A stretch of 64,000 nt of DNA. Origin: a virus. Its lineage: Duplodnaviria > Caudoviricetes. The DNA lies in IMG/VR virus record IMGVR_UViG_3300031998_000044, positions 26,712 to 90,711 of that record, one strand, 5' to 3'. The position numbers were made by a program, and so were the translations under genes. Below the pieces are notes generated by a model. The model made no database searches and was not told the DNA's origin. It was given only the letters and a program-made list of their open reading frames with translations. Shown here in pieces: positions 9,222-19,647 of this stretch; the stretch's first letter is position 1, and each line of letters starts with the position of its first letter.

Positions 9222-10404
9222 CCTTCCTATTAGCAGAATCCACCTTATTATAATCAAACTTAATGTAAATATCTGTAACTGTATTGCCTTCGTGTCCAAG
9301 TGCGTGAGCAATGACATCACGGCTAATATCTAACTGTGAAGCGAGAGTAGCCCAAGTATGTCTTGCCCAATATGTACTTAGTTCAGGGAACAACGGAGAT
9401 ACAGTTTTCTTTCCACATTCGTCATATTGAACATCTCCGACACGCTTCAAGTTCTTATTAAATCGTTCCAAGAAGTCCTTGTAGTTGTGATAACCGTCAA
9501 GGATATTCAAAAGATAATCGACACCTTTATATATATTAAGAATATCCAACGCTTCGGGTTCAAGTTTAATTGAGTACAGACGTGATGTCTTTGCTCTTTT
9601 AAATTCCAATCTACCGTTAACAATATTGTCTTGCGTACAGTGAAGTAAATCAACCATATTGATACCTATAAGATAAAAATCAAGAATAAAGAGGTCTACA
9701 TATTTTTTAAGATAGTCCTCAACAGGATAGGTCATAAACATACGTAGCTCAATAACTGTTAACGAGCGTTTACGTGTCGGTATAGGTCGAATTTTAAATG
9801 TACGGAAAGGATAATGCGAAGTGATTTCGTTATCTATGGCATCATTAAAAACAGCACGAATATTACGTAAATGAACATTGCGACCGTTTTTAGAATTAGA
9901 GGTCAAGGCTAAGTGATTCTCGAAATCAGTAAGCCAACCTTTATTCAAATCTTCAAATCGCTTAAAATCAATATTTTTGTCGAAGTCGTGAATACGTTTT
10001 AATGTGAATAAGTAGATGTTTTTTGTAGTAACGTTTAATTTTCGATTAGCAAATTTTAAAAAATAATTACAAAACAAATTTTCATCAGTAGGCTTATTAT
10101 CAGACAATTGCAAATCTATTGCTGCCTTTACTTCATTAACATCGTTAAAATTTATATTTTTATTTACAAACGAAAATATTATTTTATCAATTTTATTTTT
10201 AAACTCCAAGATAAAGGACATTAATGTTTCTTTATTAGGCACACGAAGAATTTTTTGTGATACGTTGTCCCAACAGTTAGGTTGCAGTTTTATTTTTAGT
10301 GGAAAGTAGACGGCTTTTTGCTTGTAGGTAACAGCCAATTTTAATGATGCAGGTGAGCCGTCCTTCGTGTGCCTTTTATCAAGGTAAAATTTTGTCGTTA
10401 TCAT
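9196..10404 (-). CDS. int: Tyrosine integrase (Bacteroidota type: arm-binding, SAM-like and catalytic domains)
   Basis: N-terminal MITTKFYLDKR arm-binding domain; RNIRAVFNDAI; FYLIGINMVDL; FKRAKT; YWARHTWATLA; ALGH; C-terminal DIY tyrosine. Start placed at ATG 10404 rather than TTG 10434. Confidence 0.9.
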   Translation of the reverse strand: MITTKFYLDKRHTKDGSPASLKLAVTYKQKAVYFPLKIKLQPNCWDNVSQKILRVPNKETLMSFILEFKNKIDKIIFSFVNKNINFNDVNEVKAAIDLQLSDNKPTDENLFCNYFLKFANRKLNVTTKNIYLFTLKRIHDFDKNIDFKRFEDLNKGWLTDFENHLALTSNSKNGRNVHLRNIRAVFNDAIDNEITSHYPFRTFKIRPIPTRKRSLTVIELRMFMTYPVEDYLKKYVDLFILDFYLIGINMVDLLHCTQDNIVNGRLEFKRAKTSRLYSIKLEPEALDILNIYKGVDYLLNILDGYHNYKDFLERFNKNLKRVGDVQYDECGKKTVSPLFPELSTYWARHTWATLASQLDISRDVIAHALGHEGNTVTDIYIKFDYNKVDSANRKVIDFVLSF

Positions 10405-10516
10405 AACTTCAAATTTTAAACAAATTTTTTGCAAGTATTCTTGCTAATTTAATTTTTAATTTATAATTTAGTGCTTTGAATTACGATGATAACAGGTTGA
10501 TAATGTGCCATAAAAA

Positions 10517-10562
10517 GTCGGGGCAGAGAGATTCGAACTCTCGACCTTCTGCTCCCAAAGCA
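10517..10562 (-). mobile_element. attP core: 3' half of tRNA-Pro(TGG)
   Basis: Reverse complement TGC-TTTGGGA-GCAGAAGGTCGAGAGTTCGAATCTCTCTGCCCCGAC contains the anticodon loop (TGG), T-arm GTTCGAATC and 3' acceptor strand; the 5' half is absent; ~110 bp from the integrase start. Confidence 0.85.
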
Positions 10563-10633
10563 ATATGTTCAATCCTGTGTTTCATCAACTTACAAATGCA
10601 TTGCAAGTAAATTGCAAGTTAATCGCAAATTTC

Positions 10634-10650
10634 CTTACAAATTTCGTAAG
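10634..10650. promoter_or_regulatory. Copy of the CTTACA-N5-TGTAAG palindrome upstream of dnaB
   Basis: CTTACA-AATTT-CGTAAG; only 13 nt from a -7-like TTAATTTG (10664-10671), unlike the 27-nt spacing elsewhere. Confidence 0.55.
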
Positions 10651-10698
10651 GCAAAAATGAGCATTAATTTGCAATAAACAAAAAAATAAACACAAAAA

Positions 10699-12027
10699 AT
10701 GGAAGAAAAGAAACTACCTACAAGCGTAGAAACTGAAAAACTTATTCTCGGTGCAATTTTAATAGAGAAAGATGCAATTGAGAATGTTGTAGACATACTT
10801 AAACCTGAAATGTTCTACGATACAGCAAATAAAAGTATCTACGAAGCTTGTCTAAAACTCTACAATGGCAACAAACCAATCGACATTTATACTGTTAGCG
10901 AACAACTTGCAAAAGATAACAAGTTAGAAGAAGTCGGTGGAAGTTACTATGTTGCTACACTAACTGAGAATGTAGGCTCTGCAAGTCATATCGAATATCA
11001 TTCTAAAATTGTCGTAGAAAAGTATATCAGACGTAAATTGATTAAAGAATCGTATGAGATAGGACAAGATGCATATAACGCAGCAGTTCCATTGGAAGAA
11101 ATTGTCGAACGTCAAACAAAAATGATTGATACACTTGGTCAACATTTTGCAAATGAATCGGCAGAAACAATAGAAACTATATTCCCGAAGGTATTAAAGG
11201 AAATCGAACAAGCATCACAGCAAAAGTCAGGAATTAGCGGAATAAGCAGTGGTTTTACTCAAATTGATAGCCTTACACACGGTTTTCAACATACAGATAT
11301 GATAGTAGTAGGTGCAAGACCATCTATGGGTAAGACTGCATTTGCTTTATCGCTTATGATTCGAATGGCTATGAAAGGTGTAAGATGCTTGTTATTTAGC
11401 CTTGAAATGTCGAAAGTAGCGATTACCAAACGTATCACGTCTATGATAAGCAATATTACAGGTGATAAAATTCTTAGCGGAAGATTATCCGTAGACGATT
11501 GGAATGCACTCGAAGGAGCAGCACCAACAATTATGGGATTGCCTATAATTATAGACGATGAAGGTGGAATCAGCACACTGCAACTCAAAACTAAGTGCCG
11601 ACAGTATATGAAGAAGTATGGTTTTGATATTATAATGTTAGACTATCTTCAACTAATGAAAGATACAGAAACAAAATCAGACAAGAAAAATGATGAAGTT
11701 TCGGAGATAAGTCGCAAAATCAAAAACATAGCAAAGGAACTCAATGTACCATTCATTGTACTAAGTCAGTTGAACAGAAACTTGGAAAGCAGACCCGACA
11801 AAACTCCTATCAATGCAGATTTAAGAGATAGTGGCTCTATCGAACAAGATGCAGATGTAATAATGATGCTATATCGTCCAGAAGTTTATGGAATAGAACT
11901 TATGCCTAATGGATTAATTACCGACAAATTAGCACAAGTTATTATTACTAAACAAAGGAATGGCTCATTAGGAACAATTGACCTTCAATTCGACAAAGAG
12001 AATACCCGATGGACGGAGATGGAATAG
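10699..12027 (+). CDS. dnaB: Replicative DNA helicase DnaB
   Basis: GARPSMGKT, FSLEMS, LDYLQL, LSQLNR, DLRDSGSIEQDAD, KQRNG; N-terminal DnaB domain present; no intein. Confidence 0.95.
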   Translation: MEEKKLPTSVETEKLILGAILIEKDAIENVVDILKPEMFYDTANKSIYEACLKLYNGNKPIDIYTVSEQLAKDNKLEEVGGSYYVATLTENVGSASHIEYHSKIVVEKYIRRKLIKESYEIGQDAYNAAVPLEEIVERQTKMIDTLGQHFANESAETIETIFPKVLKEIEQASQQKSGISGISSGFTQIDSLTHGFQHTDMIVVGARPSMGKTAFALSLMIRMAMKGVRCLLFSLEMSKVAITKRITSMISNITGDKILSGRLSVDDWNALEGAAPTIMGLPIIIDDEGGISTLQLKTKCRQYMKKYGFDIIMLDYLQLMKDTETKSDKKNDEVSEISRKIKNIAKELNVPFIVLSQLNRNLESRPDKTPINADLRDSGSIEQDADVIMMLYRPEVYGIELMPNGLITDKLAQVIITKQRNGSLGTIDLQFDKENTRWTEME

Positions 12028-12320
12028 AGATGTGCAAAGGATGTAGTTTCTATATTAGTAAAGGTGTTTGCAGTTTAAAACACATAAAAGTAAGTTCTAA
12101 GACCGCTGCCTGTTCGTCGTATAGCGACGTAAACACTGTCCCGGTAAGAACTGAAACTTGTGCCACTTGCAAACACCATTTTTTACCTGACAAAGAATAC
12201 CCTAATTATTCGCTGTATAGAGATTACAAAGGAGATTTTTTTCTCTGCAAATGCAAGTTTCACAAAGAAGCAAAATTTTTAAACAAAGATTATTGTAAAA
12301 AGTATGAAAAAAGCAGATAA
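12009..12320 (+). CDS. Cys-rich hypothetical protein
   Basis: Two CxxC...C...C clusters (CKGC, CATC); probable start MCKGC at 12030. Confidence 0.5.
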   Translation: MDGDGIEMCKGCSFYISKGVCSLKHIKVSSKTAACSSYSDVNTVPVRTETCATCKHHFLPDKEYPNYSLYRDYKGDFFLCKCKFHKEAKFLNKDYCKKYEKSR

Positions 12321-12852
12321 TAACTTCATATTCAAATACGACGAAATGAAAGCAATAGAACTTCAAAACAATTACAATAAAATCAAGGTAAAATATCCTG
12401 ATGCAATTTTGCTATTTCGCGTAGGCAACAACTTCATTGCACTTCGAGATGACGCAAACATTGTAGCAAAAGTCTGCGGAATACAGGAAACAAACACGAT
12501 TGTTAAATTCAGTTACAACAAACTTGACGACTATTTGCCCAAACTTGTACGGTCGGGACATAGAACGGCAGTTTGTGAAGAACTCCAACTCCCAAAGAAA
12601 ACGCCACACCAAATATCAAACGAATGGCAAAAGTTTGAAATCAAATATGGAGTACCAAGGTTTAGCCAACTTCTTGACAACAACCTTGCACTACTTGGAA
12701 AATTTGTTATCGACATAATTAAATTTGACGATTGGTTGCACAAACAATTCGGCGACTATGAATCAGAAGACAAGTCTATGAGCGGCATTTTGTTGGAGAA
12801 GTACGGATACGACATACAACAATATGTCAAACAAATGATTGAAACTTTATAA
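12304..12852 (+). CDS. MutS domain I-like protein, copy 2, with C-terminal extension
   Basis: 54/74 aa identical to 5174-5434 over the MutS_I-like domain, followed by ~85 unrelated residues. Confidence 0.8.
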   Translation: MKKADNNFIFKYDEMKAIELQNNYNKIKVKYPDAILLFRVGNNFIALRDDANIVAKVCGIQETNTIVKFSYNKLDDYLPKLVRSGHRTAVCEELQLPKKTPHQISNEWQKFEIKYGVPRFSQLLDNNLALLGKFVIDIIKFDDWLHKQFGDYESEDKSMSGILLEKYGYDIQQYVKQMIETL

Positions 12853-12905
12853 ACGAAAAATGCAATACAAAAGAATTAAAATACGCAAAAAATTATAAAT
12901 AAATT

Positions 12906-13250
12906 ATGATAGAAACAACTTGTCCTTATTGCAATAACGTAGACGAATTCGACGCTGATGGTTTTTCAGACGATGACAGAAGTTTACAAGAATGTTCAAA
13001 GTGCGGCAAAGTATATAACATCTACATTAAAATTACAGTAGATTGTGATTGTACACCGTGTCCGTGTCAAGGCATAAACCACGAATGGGAACTAATACCA
13101 ACAATTCCAAAAAATTTTACAAAAAAAAGATGTAAACACTGCGGAGAAGAAAAAGAACTCACCGATGAAGAACGCAAGCAGTACAAAATTCCGTCAAAGG
13201 AATCATACTTCAAAGAATTAGAAAAACTTAGTAAAGAATCACCATTTTAA
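12906..13250 (+). CDS. Zinc-ribbon protein
   Basis: CPYC, CSKC, CPC..H and CKHC motifs. Confidence 0.55.
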   Translation: MIETTCPYCNNVDEFDADGFSDDDRSLQECSKCGKVYNIYIKITVDCDCTPCPCQGINHEWELIPTIPKNFTKKRCKHCGEEKELTDEERKQYKIPSKESYFKELEKLSKESPF

Positions 13251-13260
13251 TAATAACTCT

Positions 13261-13686
13261 ATGAAATATTCAGAAAATTACGTTAGTTTTGATACCGCAA
13301 AACTTCTTAAAGAAAAGGGATTTGATATTCCATGCAGACAATTCTTAACTCAAGCTGGTAAACTTTGGTTTAGTTTGGGTAATGGCGATATTAATGATGG
13401 TAGTGCTGATTGGAACTCTACAACAATGGAATAAACAAGTGTTCCAACTCTTCAAATGGCAATGAAGTGGATTCGAGAAGTAGGTAATTTATTTATAGAA
13501 ATTGATTATGACTCCTATGAAACTGAGGATGGTGATAGTGTTGCTACACAAATAGGATACTCATTTTCTTTACAAAGGAAAGAAAATCCAGGTAATTATG
13601 AATATATCCATAATTGGGTTTATGAAACTTATGAAGAAGCGGTGGAAGCAGCAATTAATTATTGTTTAACAAATTACGTAAAATAA
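13261..13686 (+). pseudogene. Bacteroidota-phage family protein interrupted by an in-frame TAA
   Basis: MKYSENYVSFDTAKLLKEKGF...STTME*TSVPTLQMAMKWIRE is one frame; the stop is at 13432-13434. Confidence 0.65.
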
Positions 13687-13687
13687 T

Positions 13688-13945
13688 ATGCAAACACATA
13701 GAACATTAGTACTTTGGAAGATACAAGTAAAATTCAAATATTCTTCAACATTTACAACATTTAGAATTGAAAGTACTACAAAGGAAACAGCAAAAGAAGA
13801 TTTTATAAATTATTATATAACAAAATATCCACACGTACCTATTGAGGAAGCAGAAGTATATGTTGAGGAAGCAGAAGTATATGTTGAAGGTGATATACCT
13901 TGCAATGTTATTGATGCTGTAAAATTACAAGATATTAACTACTAA
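13688..13945 (+). CDS. Hypothetical protein with an in-frame 21-bp tandem duplication
   Basis: TTGAGGAAGCAGAAGTATATG x2 at 13842-13883 (EEAEVYV x2). Confidence 0.6.
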   Translation: MQTHRTLVLWKIQVKFKYSSTFTTFRIESTTKETAKEDFINYYITKYPHVPIEEAEVYVEEAEVYVEGDIPCNVIDAVKLQDINY

Positions 13946-14126
13946 ACATTTTTAACAATGGCAAATTATACTTCATTAGAACAATCAGAACTATTAAATC
14001 ACGAACAAACAATATTTTGGACATTTATTCATATTTTAGATAAACTTTGTATCGAAGGTGAAGCACGTGAAATTGCAATAAACGAATTTAAAGATAAACT
14101 TATAAATAAAAATTTATTAGAATAAT

Positions 14127-17100
14127 ATGGCAAGTTATATAGAATTTACAAAAGTACAAAAGGTTAGAGTTCCAATTAAAGAGGAAATGTGCGTAAATGA
14201 GTTTATAGACTTTATGAACGGAGATTCTAACATATACGATTACGAAAAAGAACTCTTTGACTTCGATAATGAAGAAGTAGTAGAAGAAGAACACTCTTAT
14301 ATGAATAACGATTGTAAGTTAGTTTGTAACGACAAAGTTGATTTTGAATATAAAAGCCCATATCAAGGATTAGTTTTAATGAAATTACAAAAACAATAAA
14401 TTATGACACACACATCAATAGAGTAATCAAAAGCACTAATGTACTTAGGCTTGGATGAGAAAACTGCGGATTTAACAATCACGTCAGATATTATCTTAAT
14501 CAACAATAATTTAATACAAAAAGTATGAAAGTAGCAGATGTTAGAAAACTCACAGAGTATACACAAATAAAATTAATAGGTGATAAGACAGGTAAAATAT
14601 TATGTCAATCTTGGTTAAATAAAAAAGAAACCATTGATAAGTACAATGATTATGAAGCCTCTGGTATATATCCAGATGTTAGAAGCTCTCAAATAGATGG
14701 AGTTATTTATCCAATTATTTGTATTTATGTTAGAGGTTGTTAAACAATAAACAAAGACAATGAAAGCATTTACTGATTTTGAACAAAGTAAGAAACTTGC
14801 AAAAATATTACCACTTGAAAGTGCTGATATGCACTGGCAATATATTGAAGAAGATAATGGACAGTTACAGTGGTTTTGTCTTCCAAAAGATTTGTCAATT
14901 AATAAACACGATGTAATTTCAGCTTGGAGTCTTGCTGCACTGATAGATATTCTACCAGTAGATTTGTGGGGCTACACTGACCATTATTTCCTCGAAATCT
15001 CTAAGATGGGAGATGCCTCTAAACCTAATGAAGTTCGTTATTTTAGGTTTAAAAAGAACATACTAGATACATCTGATAGGATAACACATATCTTACACTC
15101 AGCAGAAAATCTAGTTGATGCGTGTGTAAATATGATTTTTACACTACATACACATAAATTTTTATCAAATAAATAAACAATAAAACATGGAATTAGAAGA
15201 AGTCAAAAACTATGCTGTTTCAAAAGAAACAACTCCACTTGCAAAATATATAGCAGGAAAATTAGTTGAACTAGGTAATGAACACCTCAAGTATGTTAAA
15301 AACCCTTACTGTTTTGCAAATGGAGTAAATGTAGGAATGTCTAAGGCATATCAAGATATTCTTGACAAATTACATGAAGAACAAGCTAAAACTGAGGACA
15401 TCGACACCCTTGGAGTAAAAGAAGATGAAATAGATGAGAAACATAAAATTGGCAAGTGGTTTATGGGACTGATTCCTTGTTGGGTAGATGCACCGTCAAC
15501 CTTGCAGGCTGCTCACGACCATCATGGGAAGAATATTGTAGCTGTTCACTTAAAGAACGGTGGGTACAGATGCTGTTGTGTTGATGACAAGGAACCAATT
15601 ACATTTTCTTTAGCAGAAGGTACGCCTCTTGTTGAAGGATGGCATAATAAAAAATAATACTAATATGACACAAGAAGAAAAAATATTGTTATTAAAAGAC
15701 CTTTGTGCAAGATTGCAATCTGGTCTTATTTGTAAAGTCGCACATAAAGATTCTGAAGGTTGGAAAGAAGAAGATATGGTGCTTAATGGCTAATTACAGC
15801 TTTTGCGATTAGTATAATGTAACAAAAAGCAAATGGCAGAAAATACTAACTTACGTTATCAAGTATATGGTTTAGATAATAAAGGAAATTTAAGTTCTCC
15901 TATTACAAAACCAATAATTACAAAAGAACGCTGTTATAAATACTTCAATGAATGTGTACAATGTGCCATTGTTTCTATTAACGAACACGGTTCTATCATT
16001 GAAGTTATTGATAAAAATTTAACACCAAAAGAAAAATGTAACCGAATCACAAATATTAATTAGCGAATTTTACATTGAATAATTATGAGCGGAAGTTACG
16101 AATTTATCAACAAATACGAGGCTTGCATTGCATTAAAGCAGATAGCAAGCAAATTTGGAATATACGTAGAAGGAAATTCTCTTAACGAAGAATGTCATCG
16201 TATTGATATTGACGAAATCCAAATTGACGAAGATACGGATATTGTTATAAAACTAAACAAGGAAACCAATGGGCTACGTTGAAGAAAAAATCGAAGAAGC
16301 AGTTAGTATTTATGCTGACTTAAAGTTTCAATTCTATTTGATTAGTGCAGAAATAAATAAAGAGCCACGTTTCTTAAATTATTCAGGTACATTCAGCGAA
16401 TTAAATTTAAAAGGAAACAAAAAGTTTTCTGACTTAGAATCAGCACAAAACGAGCAAAAACAATGCAAACGTAAAAACACAAAGATTCACAAAGTCACAA
16501 TACTCTTAGAAGACCAATGACAGAAACAGACGAATACATTGAGAAATTCAAAGACAAACTATTTACCGTCAATAGAAACATAAATTTTGTTGTACAACTT
16601 ATAAAAAACGACATAACAATATATGTACACGAAGATGGTATTCGCTCGTTAGGAGCGCAAAAAAGAACCATTGACGGCTATTATGGCAATCATTCTCCAA
16701 TCTCTCTCAAACAAGCATACGAAATGCTTGTTAATGGCAAAGAAAATGAACTTTTTAACGAAAAAATGCCATTCTAATGGAAGAAATTTTACGTTCAGAA
16801 GGTTTTACACTCAATCGAAATGGAGTATACTATCTTGCTTATTATGGCAAAGAAATGTTCATAACATTAAAAAAAGACTACATCAGATATTGCACAGATT
16901 ACGCTATGCACTGTTTCGGTTACGGTGGAATTATCCAAGCCGTACCGAGCATATTGCAAAGGCTTATTAAACGATTTAAAGAAATTAAAGATAAAATGTC
17001 AACAATAAAACGCAAAAGATATGAGCAAAACTATGGATTATATTCTCAGGATGCAAGAACAAGGTATAGATGTTCTGCATAAAAAAATGCCTGATGAACC

Positions 17101-18287
17101 GCAAGATGAACCACAGCAAAATGAAAAACAAATAGTTGATGAACAACAAGATAACTTAGTGGAATCATAATAGTAAAAAAGAGGTATGCCGACTTCCTCT
17201 GAATAGTCGGCATTTTTTTAAACTAAGTAATATGGCAGCACTATCTAAACAAGGGAAAAACGATTGGGCAAAGATAATCAAAATAATCGTAGAAAATAGT
17301 AAGTTTCCTGATGCAATAATGAAAATAACTGTCAATCAAGATGATTGGTATCAAATACAATTTAGGTTAAAATATCCTTATTGCGTAATAGCAACAGACG
17401 AAACTACGAAAGACAACAAAGCGTACAGAATAGTTCCTGGAAATTGGTGGGAACACTTTAAACGCTATACTCTCAAAATAAAAGGCTTATGTTTCGATTT
17501 TAGATTCCATAACTTAGAAGGCTTTTATCCAAAAGGACTTCATACAACAAGTTATCATACTATGATTGAAAGTAGACCTTATAAACATAAATATTGGTCG
17601 GACCACGATTATAATATCAAATTAATCACAGAAGATGTTATTCACGAAAAACACATAAAAGATTTTATAAACGATGTCATTAAACTAATAAATTTACCAA
17701 AAGCAAAGATTTAAAACTATGGCAGATAGAAAATATAGAGGAATCATATCAGCAATCAGAAATGGACGATTGAACTGCGATAAACACGCAGACGATACAA
17801 CTTTCCTTTGGTTTGGAAGAAAATTACGTATAAGACCGTTTTTCGTATCATACGGTCAAGGAGGATATGAAATAAAAGACGAAGAATTAGACACAACTCT
17901 CACTTGGGACTTCGACTGTATGCCTCGGTTCGAGGTTCACGATGAAAATGGCAAAAGTATTTACGAAGAAGATAAATTTTAAACATTATGAAATACACAG
18001 AATTGAAAAAGGGTATGGTAGTAGAATTAACTTGTGAAGATGATAAAAGTTATCTTTACACAGTTATGGTATTACCTGTTGTTAAAAAGGATTTGAAAAC
18101 GATGATAAATGCTACTCACGAAGGATTATATGGATTTAGAGGATTTTGGTATGGTAGCGATAGAAACAAACATAAAAACTATGGGAAAATTTTTGATTTA
18201 AGTCTTTTTAAAGATACAGAAATAAAACTTATAAAGCAAAATACTGTCGGACTAACAAACAAACAATTAAGAACTTTAATAGATTAA
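14127..18287 (+). CDS. Cluster of small hypothetical early genes (14127-14399, 14525-14743, 15187-15657, 15833-16063, 16085-16282, 16269-16520, 16517-16777, 16777-17082, 17020-17169, 17232-17714, 17719-17982, 17988-18287)
   Basis: Head-to-tail ORFs with A-rich initiation regions; no recognisable motifs. Confidence 0.55.
14403..14528 (+). pseudogene. Decayed paralogue of the TSxEQSKKL family
   Basis: MTHTSIE*SKALMYLGLDEKTADL; TAA stands where paralogues have CAA (Q). Confidence 0.55.
14760..15176 (+). CDS. Hypothetical phage protein (FTDxEQSKKLA..LP..SADM family)
   Basis: Paralogous to 19281-19643 (shared N-terminus, AWSLAAL and ENLVDAC/ENPVDAC motifs). Confidence 0.7.
   Translation: MKAFTDFEQSKKLAKILPLESADMHWQYIEEDNGQLQWFCLPKDLSINKHDVISAWSLAALIDILPVDLWGYTDHYFLEISKMGDASKPNEVRYFRFKKNILDTSDRITHILHSAENLVDACVNMIFTLHTHKFLSNK
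15665..15793 (+). pseudogene. Truncated MTQEEKxLLLKDLCARL-family gene
   Basis: 42 codons then stop; this N-terminus normally begins a longer Bacteroidota phage protein (recalled). Confidence 0.4.
17186..17219 (+). terminator. Intrinsic terminator
   Basis: ATGCCGACT/AGTCGGCAT stem followed by a T tract. Confidence 0.75.
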
Positions 18288-18298
18288 TAAACAACAAA

Positions 18299-18889
18299 AT
18301 GAAAAAGATAATGTTCAATGACCGTTTTAGGTTAACCCAAGCAGTAATAAGTGGAATAAAAACACAAACAAGACGTATTATCTCCGAAAAACTTTTAAAT
18401 AAATACGGACACAATAAGTATAATGATAAGTCTTACGAACTTGTTGCCAATGCTCCTTATAAAGTTGGTGATGTACTCGCTGTGGCTCAAAACTACTATG
18501 AGGTATGGGATTTTATCAAAGCAACGCAGGACGCACTAACAAAAGCGACAATCCACCTTACTAATGGATGGGGAAATAAAATGTTCGTCAAATCGGCATT
18601 AATGCCGAACCTAATCGAAATCACCAAAGTAAGGGTAGAACGTCTGCAAGATATTTCAGATAGCGATTGTTTAGCAGAGGGGATTGAAGAATATTATCCA
18701 TACATAGAACGTAATCCTGATGATAAGTTAAAAACTTACAGATTTTGGGATAACAAATTTAAATACAAATATCACTCCCTCAGCCCAATCAAAAATTGCT
18801 TTGCTCACTTGATATATTATATTTGTGGCAAAGAAACTTGGGAGCGAAACCCTTGGGTGTACGCATATACCTTCAAGTTGGTTAAATAA
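18299..18889 (+). CDS. ASCH-like phage protein
   Basis: IMFND...AVISGIKTQTRR...PYKVGDVLAV...KVRVERLQDISDSDCLAEG...WERNPWVYAYTF. Confidence 0.7.
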   Translation: MKKIMFNDRFRLTQAVISGIKTQTRRIISEKLLNKYGHNKYNDKSYELVANAPYKVGDVLAVAQNYYEVWDFIKATQDALTKATIHLTNGWGNKMFVKSALMPNLIEITKVRVERLQDISDSDCLAEGIEEYYPYIERNPDDKLKTYRFWDNKFKYKYHSLSPIKNCFAHLIYYICGKETWERNPWVYAYTFKLVK

Positions 18890-19280
18890 TAAAAATTAAA
18901 ACTAAACGGAGATATGTCTAATCAAGAAGAAGTGAATTTACTTAAAGGTGAAGTTCGACGACTTAAAATGGCGTTAAAGAAAAAGAATGACACAATAAAA
19001 AAACTTAAAGAAAAACTAAGTAAATCAAATAAAAACGAAAATATCGAAAAATTATAGTGGAAAAAGGTCAAAACAATGGCTTATAAACGAATTATTTGAA
19101 TCAAGTACTTATTCAGAACAACGCAAAGAAAATCCTGAAAAATTAAAGGAAGAACTTAATAAAATGTCATATTCCGATTTGCTTGATAAATACAAGTGGT
19201 TGTTCGGCGAAGATTATTAACATTATCAGAACGGCTAAGCCGCCTTGCCTTAATAGGTGGCTTAATTAAATAAAAAGAAA

Positions 19281-19643
19281 ATGAAATCATTCACAGACAT
19301 TAAACAAAGCAAAAAGTTGGCAGAGATACTGCCTATTACAAGTGCAGATATGTGGTGGCTATATATCACAGCACAAGGTAAGCATATTGCTATGATGCAC
19401 GAAGAACCAGACCCTAATTATCTTGCAAGAATGGAAAGGTATGGAATAACAGATGCTGCAATTCCATGTTGGAGTCTTGCAGCGTTGCTTGATAATATTC
19501 CACAAGCAAAATTGGATAACCTTAAACTTTGGAGGTGCTGTGCGTATTATGCATTAGATTGGCACAATAGTGATTGGTATGAAAATCCTGTTGATGCTTG
19601 CTTCGAAACAATATTGAAGTTACACGAACATAATATATTATAA
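19281..19643 (+). CDS. Hypothetical phage protein, paralogue of 14760-15176
   Basis: MKSFTDIKQSKKLAEILPITSADMWW...CWSLAALL...ENPVDAC. Confidence 0.7.
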   Translation: MKSFTDIKQSKKLAEILPITSADMWWLYITAQGKHIAMMHEEPDPNYLARMERYGITDAAIPCWSLAALLDNIPQAKLDNLKLWRCCAYYALDWHNSDWYENPVDACFETILKLHEHNIL

Positions 19644-19647
19644 TTAA

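Larger units (their letters stand above)
10429..10677. repeat. Putative integrase arm-type sites flanking the att core
   Basis: TTGCAAGTA 10429, TTGCTAATT 10441 on one side; TTGCAAGTA 10601, TTGCAAGTT 10612, TCGCAAATT 10623 (11-nt period) and TTGCAATAA 10669 on the other. Confidence 0.6.

Noticed and set aside
10517-10562. Functional tRNA-Pro gene
   Set aside because: The D-arm and 5' acceptor strand are absent; the sequence fits an att core.
13842-13887. 21-bp tandem duplication as a contingency locus
   Set aside because: In frame with only two units; an ordinary slippage event.
13432-14426. TAA read-through as Gln/Tyr, suggested by two in-frame TAA codons
   Set aside because: TAA is the main terminator of most genes here; isolated nonsense mutations or sequencing errors are simpler.
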